From: Epiperipatus broadwayi
Lineage: Eukaryota > Animalia > Onychophora
Direction: 5' to 3'
NCBI GenBank assembly: GCA_028023455.1
Contig: JAQFVV010000011.1
Location: forward strand, 4,464,001 to 4,528,000
Length of the DNA stretch: 64,000 nt
Of the stretch, positions 14,501 through 26,500 are shown piece after piece. Position 1 is the stretch's first letter. Each line of letters starts with the position of its first letter. The notes beneath the pieces were generated by a model that was not told the origin of the DNA, did not search any database, and saw only the letters and a list, made by a program, of their open reading frames with translations. Position numbers and translations under genes: made by a program.

Positions 14501-17500
14501 TTTTTTTTTATATATTTTATCATAATTTTTATTCCAAGAAGAATGAAAAAAAAAAAAAAAACATATAAAAGTAGTAAGTTTTTTTTAAAGATGGCGATGC
14601 TTTAATAAGTTTAAAATTATAAAATGATTTTATCTTATTTATATACATCCTATGTATACATGTTAAAATTGTCTGTACTTTTTGTGTTTCAAAAATGTAT
14701 ATAGAATTTTAATTTTTTATTAATTATTTTGATTGATGTCTTACCATATATTTTGGTAAATTAAATGGTATACAGTTATAAACATTCTATATGTACATGT
14801 TAAAAATAGCTATTTGCATGGACAAGTATGCAATAGGTTTGTAAATCTAATAGTGTGTGGGTATTGTTGTATCTTTTGCATTTCATCATAATTAATTGTC
14901 ATCGCAAGGCGAATGAAAAAAGAGTAAGTTTGTTTTGTTTGATGGTAATCAGGTGAATGCATTTCCATCCATAAACATCTAGATTTAAGTACAATATATG
15001 CATATCAGTGTGTTGTTTCTCAATTTACTATTCTACTGTTTTTTTGTAAGTGCATTATTCTGTGTTTTCATTCATTATTTTTGCTAATGTCTTAATGTGT
15101 ATAATTTTAAAATTAAATTGCATTATAGATGTTAATATACATATTTAAAATGTCTGCATGTTTAACATGTGAAATATACATAATGTGTTACTAATAGCTA
15201 TTTTTGGTATCATGCAAACGCTTAGAATCAAATGAACTTCACTGTTCATTCAAGTTATGATAAATAATAGTTTTTCAAGTGTTAGCCTGATTTACTCTTT
15301 CCAGATTTTTGATGTCTTTAGTTAATTTCAATAATATTTCACGGTCTTTACAAATTAAATTGATAAGTTTTTCATTTTAATTTTCTTATCTTTCATAAAA
15401 GTTGTGATAGATATAATCTTCTTTTTACTTTACTTTTATATATTTAAATACAAGTATATTATATATAATTAAGCTAGATGTAATTAGAGGGGATTTAAAC
15501 ACAGATTTTCAAGCTCCCTGTAGTCATTCACTCTTATCACATACAACCAATATACATGGCCACGTTCATGTGAAAACTATAAATGATCTCCAATATACAT
15601 ATTTTGCGCTGAACCAGCATTCATCACTTAGTCCCGATCACCATCTCCCACACATATATATAATCACTATGTTAATATTAAGATGGCAAAGAAAGGACTT
15701 TGAAAATACTCATCATCAGATTTTCAATGATATGGATGATTGGAGAGGATTGAATGCCTATCACTGATTATATATGTGTGTGTTTGAGATGATCTGGACC
15801 ATTTGATGAGTGCTGTTTCAGCACAAAATTTCAATATTGGGAGATCATTTATTTTTTTCACATGTATCAGTTGTATAGAATAGAGTGAATGACTAAAGAG
15901 AGCTTGAAAGTCTGTGTTTAAATCCCCTCTATTTACTTTTATATATAGAAAGTTTTTTTTGCCAAATAAAACTTGGAGATTTTTTCAGGTTCCAAGGAAG
16001 GCAAAAAAAATTTTTAGACAGAAGATTCCAGGAAATCTAGATAATTATTCAGTATTGGCCAGAAAATAGTTATCCAGTTAGTCATATCTAGTGGAGAAAT
16101 CAAGGATGGAGATATCACTAAATAGTCTGGTTCTTTGGGAAGTTATTGAGGATCCCTTTGCAATGGACTATTTTTTTTTTGTTGTTTTATTTATTATTTG
16201 TATTAATATTTTTTATTTAAGTTAATTATTGAAAGCATTTAAATATGGCTTTAATTTATAAATACAGCTGACAAAGTGGATACTGGACTTCTGCCATTAT
16301 GTGAAATTCATGAATTAAATGAATTAGTTCTTTTCTTCATTTATGAATATGTATATAAAAAAATTGACTTCTTATGATTGTTATATAGGATGAGCAAAAA
16401 ATTTTCATATTATTTTATTAATACAATTATATTTTATACTGAGAAAGGTGTTTATTATTTTTTAAATTGAAGAAAAACAAACGTTTTGAAATATTTTAAC
16501 ATATGAAATACAAAATAATTAATCAAGATTGTAAAAATATAAAACCAAAATCTTAAATTATTTCAATATATAAAATATGTTACAAAAAAAAACATTACAT
16601 AAAAATATTTATAACTTTTATGTTATAGTGGATAAAAATTAATTTAGATTTTTTTTTTTTTTTTAAAAAAAAAAGGAGGCTTACCATTTTTGCATATCTT
16701 AAATAGAAAGAATTCAAAAATCAAGATTTCTCCCTGATTATAAATGCTAACTATTGAATATTACTAGAACTATAAAGTAGAAATAATGTTAACTTAATAA
16801 ACCATTAAACAGAAGGAATGCTTGTCAAATAGACAGAAATAAAGATGTGTTTTCACGGGGAAAGCAGTAATGGAACAACCAGATAAGTTTTGTTATTCAA
16901 GTTTACTAATAAAAGATAACTAGTATTTCCTTCTCTTTATATTTTATGCATGTCAAAGAAATAAAATCAGTTTCTTGCTAAAATTGAATTTGCTGTTATT
17001 AATAAAAGATTTTTTTTTATTATTAGCATTCACAATTGGATGTTTGATATATTTAGAGTACTTTGCACAGTTTTATGAACATTAAGCACTGTAAATGAAG
17101 AAGAAATTTAAAAAAATACTAATATTGTAAAGTAACTAAATTTAAAAAAAAATTTAAAACATTTGTACATTTTCTTTTTTGCATCAGCATTAGAAATCAT
17201 TTAGTTAATACAAAAATATTAAATAATATTAAACACAATATGTAATAATGCATATATAGTTTGAAAAATTGCTGGAATTAGTTGCAAATGTTGTAACTAA
17301 TGATTCTCAACATAAATCTTAAAAGTCGTATATTAAGTATATATCGCTAAGTTCTCTTGAATATTCATGCATAATTTAAAAAAGCACCATTATAGGAACA
17401 TTCCATTAAGCAAGAGTTATTATAGTGAGATTCTATATTACTATATGGGATATAATAAAGCAGGAGATTCTGCTAACATTCACCAATTTAGCAGAATATA

Positions 17501-20500
17501 TATCACTTTTTTTAAAAATATATATATATAATGTTAATTAAATTTTCGTTTAAATGTCCTTCAATACTTTTTAATGTTGAAAAACATTTTTTTATATTAT
17601 AGAGTATCCTTCTAAAAAGGAAAAAAGTAATTCAACAAAATCTAAACACCAAGAAACAAACAAAGACAGGTACCGGTAAGAATAACTCACAATTAACATT
17701 TTTAATATATAATTTTAATTTATAAAATAGATTATATATATATGTTTATGGTTAAATGTCATTGTTGAAAATAACGAAATGCAGTAACTGTATGCCACAT
17801 ATTAAGATTAAAATTAATGATAAAACCACTAGTTTTCTTTTTTGATCACCTTATATATACACAAATATTCACGCATCATTTCATTTACTACTTATGCAAA
17901 TATTTATATTTTAAATTAAGCTGTAACGATGTTGATTAAGTCAATAAATACTAGATGGCAATAATAAAATTTCTGTGGCTTTTCCTGGTAATAACCATTG
18001 ATTTACATTGTATGTTTTTGTATTGAACAGCACGAGACATGTTATGATTGTTTATTGTAGATTAAATGCAAGCTAGAGGGTTTATGAAGTTTTACATTAT
18101 GTCTTTTTTTTTTAATAGATTAATTGACAGATCAGTTTTCAGCAGTGAGTCAGGTATAAAAATCTTCCCATTTTTATTTTATTTTAAATTAAGTATAAAT
18201 AAATAATTTTATTTTGTTTTTTCCTAATTTAGAAGAGGAAGATCCTCTACCAAAGAAAAAACGAAAGCGGATTCAAAGTTACAGTAGTTCTAGTGAAGAA
18301 GGTATTTAATTCTTTGAAGTAATGAACTTTATTATAGCTATTTAAATATACATTAAATTTTGCCGTTTTATCAAGGTGTTGAAAGATGTAGTTAAAATCA
18401 ATAATATTGCTATTAATAAGTAAAACATTTTCATATCATTGTTATTGGACTATAATCATTGGCTTATTTCTAAATAATATTAATTAAAAAATTGACACTG
18501 GACTCACAATATCAGATATATTTTTATGCCCCCCCCCCCATGTACATTGTTTGGTTGATATTGTTTGATTACAACATAATACGTATTGCTTACTGAACTG
18601 CAGATGCACAATATTTTTATTATGAACGCAGGTGTTTTTTATGTGTATAGTATACATATACAAACAAAATTAAAAAATAATAAGTTGAAAGATCACATTT
18701 TCATATAGTATAAATTTGCTTGGATTCACTCATTCATATTTATCCAAAAGAATAAAAATTATAAAAAACTTACTATGACATATCTTTATTTTTCTAAATT
18801 AAAATGAATAGTGAAATGTCAGTCTTTGATCTCAATATAATATACTTTTTTTTCACTAACTTTGCTGTTCCCCTATAGCCTCTAGTTATTTTTAAGTCCA
18901 TGACTTTGGAATCTATAATTTTCAATTACTGCACTTTGGAATCTTTAATTTTCTGCCATTACTAAACTGAAAACTTTGATTTATCGCTAAGAAAGATAGA
19001 TTACAATTTTTTTTAAATTTCGTAAAACAATTAGTTTTATGCTTAGAAAACATTTTATTATACAAAATATTGAACCACATCAAAGTAAAGAATAAAATGT
19101 ATATGTTTTCATCATGAAATAAAGAAATGTTATTAATAAGCATAATTGCATATAGTATCCCAAGATAGAAAAATGGGTGCTATTATATGAAATTAAATTT
19201 ATGAATTTCATGTTTTTTTTATTTTTAAACATTATCACATTTGATACTTCCAAGATGAAAAAATGACTATTGCCAAATCATAAAATTTATTAAATTTACA
19301 TTTTAATGTTTTTTTCTTTATGTATATATTGAATAGTGTATAATTGAGATAGTATATATTGATACAGCAAATATCGTTGCTTCACTATATCTGTTAAAAT
19401 GGTATACACTTATTTTTTTAGAAAAAGATGTTGCTATGTTTAAACTTAAAACTCGATTATAATTGTATTGATCAAATTATTTTAAATGGTCAATTTTAAA
19501 TATTAAATTGCCTATATCATTTTAAAATAAAAATTTACTTAGATCCAACTAGTTTCCATTTCTATCAGGAATCTTTTCAAGATAATGTACCACCTAAAGC
19601 TCATTTGATATAATTGTTCTGTAGCCATACTTTCTAGTAGTTATCATAATAATAAAATAAATATGATCTTAATTTTTTGTCTATTCGTCATACATTAAAT
19701 TAAAAGTTATCAATTTTATTTAAAGTTGATATATTGTATAATTTATGTGCAATTATACACTGAACCATGTAAGGTTTGATTTAGTGGTATAATATCAATA
19801 TATAATTGGAAAAGTAAAACTGTTTTGTTTATTGGCTAGATCATTAGAAGTTATGAATTTCATTTGTAATATTCTTACGAAGTTGATATATTTAAATAAA
19901 TAATTGCTATCTTAGAAATGACATTAAATTTTTTAAAATAATTAATGAAATAGTTTATACTTTTAGAGATTCGTGGGATATTTGAATTCTTATTTGTTGA
20001 TTGAACTTATTGGTTTTCTTTATCAGCGACAGAAGCACTATATTGAAATGTTGGTTTTTGTTGTTTTTTTTTTGCTTTATTTTATTTTGATTTTTTTTTT
20101 TTTTTTGCATTTAATTTCTACCTGAAGAATTTTTCTTTTACAACTAAATCCAATGTGTAACTTTTATAAGTATTCTTTTGATTTATTTATGCTTTTCCAA
20201 ACATGCATCTGCAAAAGAAAGTTATATCATCATAACACAACATTTAGGAAATAAAATTATCACTGAAACCAGATAGTGCTACAGAAATTACCATAATGCC
20301 TATAATTCTATGATTTTTTTTATTCGTAATTACCAATTTAAATGTAACTATGAAATTCAGCTGGCCCAAAATGATTTCTGCACAGAAATGTAATATCTAT
20401 AATAGATATGAGTACCTGAAACATATTCCCAGTACTCTAACTAATATATCTGATCTAATATAACAAAAATAAAGAATGAAAAAAAGAAATAATAATAATT

Positions 20501-23500
20501 GAAGAATATGTCATCTATATGTCACTTACTGTCTTCAATTATTATTATTTCTTTTTTTGTCTTTGTTCTTTTATTTTTGTTATATTAGGTCAGATATATT
20601 AATTAGAATAATAGAAATATATTTCAGGTAATCATATCTATTATAAATATTACATTTCTATGCAGAAAACATCTTGTGCATAATTTTCATAGTTACATTT
20701 AAATTGGTAATTTCTGTAATGCTATCTGGGTTCAGTGATAATTTTATTTCCTAAATGTGGTGTAATTTTAATTAAAAATCCAAGCAAAAGTAGCTTTTTT
20801 ATAATTAATATATCTTAAAATGCTTGCAAAGTATGCTGTTCAAATATCATTGAATTATGATATAATAAAATTACTATTACCTGATTTTTTTTTTGTAATA
20901 AAACTCTTTTTGGCACTGATTTCTTTTGCCACCTTTAAATTCCTTGAAAAGAATGCAAAATCTGTGTCCATCTATATTTACATTTGATATTAAAATACAT
21001 GATATGTTTTTTTAATTTCTGGATATATATATTATGCAAAGTATATGTGTAGTGGCTGCAGAAAGGAGACCCTTTGATTCCTCTTGGAGGCCTTAAAGGA
21101 ACCGAGCAGGGCAAATTCCTAATGTCCACTCCATACGTTCTTGTCATTGCAGCTGTTATTACTATGTGATTATTCATATAGTATACGAACATGGATGGGC
21201 TGCTCACCAACACGCATTAGCCACCGTGGTGAGTTTATTGGCTTTTTATCTCCGAGTTTAAGAATATTTTTTCAATATATACAATCATGACAAACAAAAA
21301 TAAATCATGGCCCTTATTCCCAGGTGGCTGTAAAGTCACCAACCAAGGCAGCGGTTGGTGGCCGAAGGCGGAGGGTGCTAAGAATCCCCTGATTGCGGAC
21401 TCAGGCTGCCATTTGATGATGACTTTTTATTTAGGTACTTACAACTGCAGATCACTTTCAAGTGAAGAAAGATTGCAAGAGTTAGAAGAAGAACTGTCTT
21501 ATATTAAATGGGACATTATTGGACTTTGTGAAGTTAGAAGAAAAGGTGAAGAAACAATTGATTTAAAAAGTGGACATATACTCTACTATAAAGGCACAAA
21601 TATTGGAAATACAAGTGGAGTAGGATTCATTATAAATAAAAAATGGAAGAATAACATTGTGGAGATTGATGGTGTATCAGACAGAGTGGCAAGATTAGTT
21701 TTACAACTTAATAGCAGATACCAAATGCAGATAATTCAGGTTTCTGCCCCAACAAGTTCTCATAGTGATGAAGTTATAGAAGATTTTTATATGGATGTAC
21801 AAAAAGCTTTTGATCAGAGTAAAAAAACATTTTAAAATTGTTATGGGAGACTTTAATGCTAGAATTGGTAAACAAATGAAAGATGAAAATGCTGTAGGTA
21901 ATTTTGGTTATGGTAATAGAAATGAGAGAGGACATAGACTTGTGGAGTTTGCAGAAAAAGAAAAACTTTATATTATGAATTCTTTTTTTGAGAAAAATGT
22001 TAAAAGGAAATGGACATGGAAGCATCCAAATGAAGGTACAGCAGAATTGGATTATATTTTGACTAACAGAAAATACATATTTCAAGATTGTAATGTTCTT
22101 AATAAATTCAACACAGGAAGTGATCATCGATTAGTAAGATGTAAGATCCACGTTAACGCAAAACTAGAGAGACAAAAATTATTAAGAAAAACAATATTTA
22201 CAGTTGATATTCCTAATCTTCAGAAACATTCTAATGAATTTAAATTAGAACTTGCAAATCGGTTTCAAGTATTAGTAGATTTTGAACATGATTCAGATTT
22301 GAATGACATTAATAGGAAAATAAGCGATACACTTTTAAAAACTGCAACAAAGATAGCTGGTAGAAAAAAGCAGCAATTGACCAATAAAATTTCTACTGAC
22401 ACTAGAGAATTTATGAAGAAAAGAAGGAATATGAGGATATACAACAATGATGCATTAAAAAAGATTGAGTATCTCGAATTTTGTAAAATGGTGTGGAAAA
22501 GAGTTGAAAATGTTATAAGAAAGTATAATTGTGAACTAGCAAGGAAAGCTGTAAGAGTGTAAAACAACATTTTGGTATTGGTAGGAAATTTATATCTGCA
22601 ATAAGAAAAAAAGATGGCATTATTACTAAAAAGAGAGATGGCATCATGAAATGTGTAGAAGACTTCTATGAAGAATTATATAGTAATAAAGAACAAGTGC
22701 CTCCTATACCTATTATATCTTCCGAATTGCCCAGAATTTTGAATGAGGAAGTGAGACATGCAATTAAATTTATGAAGAAAGGGAAGGCTCCAGGTAATGA
22801 TGGAATTATAATTGATGTATTAAAAGAAGCAGGTGAAGAAATACAAAAATTTTTAGCAAAGTTATATACTAAATGATAAAGATGTACCAGATGATTGGAA
22901 GAATGCAGTATTAATATTAATATTTAAAAAAGGTGATAAAGAAGATATTAGAAATTACAGACCTATCAGTCTTTTATCAGTTTTATACAAAATTTTTACT
23001 AAGATAATTACAACTCGTCTACAGAAAACACTGAATTTCCACCAACCAAGAGAACAAGCTGGATTTAAAAGTGGTTTTAGCACAGTAGATCATATCCAGG
23101 TATTGAGAGAAATTATAGAAAGGACAAATGAATACGAGTTGCCATTATGCTTAGGATTTGTAGATTATGAAAAGGCATTTGATTCTATAAACATTTCTTC
23201 AGTGATTAAAGCATTGGATCATCAAGGTGTAAATCCAGGATATTATCATATTTTAAAGAATATTTACAAAAACGCAACAGCAACAATTAGATTACATAAT
23301 GATAGTAGTAATAACCTGTATATTTATACTTTACGTTTGTCTTCAATATAATATTAAATCGTGCTTTCACACTTCCAACCTAAAGCTATAACAACAAATT
23401 GAAAACTAAATTTGTTGTTATAGCTTTATGTTGGAAGTGTGAAAGCACGATTTAATATTATAATGATAGTAGGAAAATCAACATTGAAAAGGGTGTAAGA

Positions 23501-26500
23501 CAGGGTGACTCCATATCTCCAAAACTTTTTACAACAGTGCTGCAAGAAGTATTTTGTGGATTAAAATGGGAAGCTAAAGGAGTGAAAGTAAATGGAGATT
23601 ATTTAAGTCATTTAGATTTTGCAGATGATGTAGTTGTTTTTGCAAATAATGCTTTAGAGCTACAGGAAATGTTGCAGGAGTTATCAGATGAAAGTAGGAC
23701 TAAAGATAAATGTTAAAAAGACTAAAGTAATGTTTAATAGATTTTTTCAAAATATGAAAATAAAGATTGATTATGATGAGTTAGAAGAAGTTAACAGTTA
23801 CAAATACCTTGGTCAGATTATTAATACAGATGGAAATATAATGGATGAAATTAATCATAGAATTAAACTTGGTTGGAGTGCTTTTGGTAGAAATAACTTG
23901 ATACTAAAAGGAAATATGCCAAGTGTTTGAAAAGGAAGGTTTTTGATAAATGTGTTTTGCCAGTTCTTACTTATGAATCTGAGACTTGGACACTTAATAG
24001 AATAGCAATACAGAGACTTCAGACCACTCAAAGAAGTATGGAGAGATGCATGTTGGGAGTAACAAGAAGGGATCGAAAACGCAATGTATAGGTAAGAGAA
24101 CAAACAGGTGTTACTGACCTCATTGAAAAAATTAAAAGACTGAATTGGAGTTGGGCTGGACATATTGTTAGAAGAGATGATAATAGATGGACAATTGAAA
24201 TTTTAAACTGGATTCCAAGAGATTGTAAAAGACCCAGAAAGACACCACATATGAGATGGATGGATGAAATAAAGTGTGCAGGGGTGATGTGGAGAAGAGA
24301 AGCTAAAGATAGGAAAAGATGGATTGAACTTGGAGAGACCTTCATCCTGCAGTGATGATGATGATATGTGTAGTGAGAGAAATTGATCAGGGAATGAAAG
24401 CAGCATCTCAGCTGATTTGATATTTGCTTTTGTAATTATCATTCTCGTCTACAATCTATATACAAGATTAGGCAACAAATGAAAGAGAATGGTTTTTTTT
24501 TTTTGTAACATAATTAACTTCATTACTATCGAGCATTAACTTAATATAGCCAGTGCTAGGGCATTTGTCATCCCAAATCTTTGTACATATATCTACAATC
24601 ATAAAATGGAAATATCTTTAAATCAAAATTCTGTGTGCTTGTAGTACTTTGAGTATATATATAATAACTGATAGATTGGAATCATCCAGAATAATAAAAT
24701 ACTAATTCAATCATATAAATTGGAATAATATTATACTTGCTTACAGTATTCCCACCATTTACAGTAACCAGTAAAGTTCATAATATCTCAGAAAACTTTA
24801 GATGATGGAAATACCATAAGCTAGCTATAGGTTTTATTATAATTTAGGATATTTGATTGGTATTTTATTAGTAATATTTTGGATAATTGCAGTTTTTTAT
24901 TTAATATATACCAGTGAGAATCTTGATGACTGAGATAACATGTCTGAAAAAAGTTTGATGCCAAACATTGAATTTTTCCAATGATTCGGATAGGATTATT
25001 ATCATTTTATCTTGCATTATGAGAGTATAACATGTCTTTATTTGAAAATATTTTCAATTTTGTTTTTACAACTTTTTAGTCTTTACTGCTCAACTTTTAT
25101 TCTTAATTTTTGCAAAAAAAAAATATGTAGAAGTTTTCGTGGTTATTTTCCTGATTTTAATATGAAGAAATTTCCTTTGGAAGATCAATATTGTGAATAT
25201 TGTTTAAAAAGTTTTGACATATATGTTGCAAATTAACATTGCACTTTATAGAATTTAATTTTGAATTTAGTAAATTGCTATTCTTAAGAATTGCTAAATT
25301 TATACTGTTATGAGCTCATAAGTATTTTGATTTTTAGTTATTATTTATGAGAAATTAAGAAAATTTGGAAATGTATTGAATTCAAGCTTTATTATTTTCT
25401 AATTTAATTTTCCCAAATCCAAGAAATTTTTTTTTTAAAGATTTCTTTATCTAGAGACTTCATTTTTGATGTAATTATAAATTCTTCATGGAATTTTTGC
25501 CCAGTTTTACTTTTTTTTTTTTTTTAAGCTTATATAATCTAATAGTATGTTGAGAATATTTAGATTCAGAATAATATTTGAATGTTATTCATAAATTTTT
25601 TACACAATTAAAAGTTTGCACAAAACTGTTTTATCATAATGTATATTACTTGTTTAGGTTCTTTTATAACTGTTGATTATTGATTTGTTTTATATCATTT
25701 AAAGTATAGTGATAAAGTGATGGTTGAATGTCTTATGATCTCCTGGGCAACAAACTGATTGCTTTTATTATATTATGATTTCAAAGCAGATACCACATTT
25801 AATTGCTTCTGTGTTTTATATTTTCTTATGATTTATTATTTTATAATAAGAAATTTTTATATTTGAAATTGCTGTTAGATTTCTGATCTGTTATGAAAGA
25901 TTGAGCATTTGAATTTTAAAGCAATAAAAACTTGCATTTTTCATTTGTTTTGAAGAATTGTAATCTTAAACACATTATTCAAGTTAAGGATTAAATAGAT
26001 ATAAAATCTGGTTGTTTTTTTTGTGTGTGTGTGTAAATTATTATTTCTCCAACTTACAAAAGCTATTCTAGAATTTTCAGATATATATTTCTTAAAAGAT
26101 AAAATGAATTAACATTTCGAGTATATTTAACAATATAATCTTAAAAATGTTTTATTTTTAGAAGCAGTTTTAGAGTCTGAAAATCATTCATCTGTGATAT
26201 CAGATCAAAGTGAGGAGAACATAATCCAATCTGAAGTAAAACAAAAAATTCCTAATGAAAATAATGGACATTCTTCTCGACGTAGACAAAAAAAACTTGT
26301 TGCAAAAAAGTTTTTGGATGAAGATGGTTTTATGGGTAGGTTTTTATTGATTTTATATATAACATTTAATAAAAGTTATTGTTTGTAAAAGAAATTATAA
26401 GAAATTTTTTTTTTTACTTTTACATTTAGTAACAAAAAAGGTTTGGGAAAGTGCTTCAGAAAGTGAGCCTGAAAATCGTGTACCATCTCCACATCCTGTG

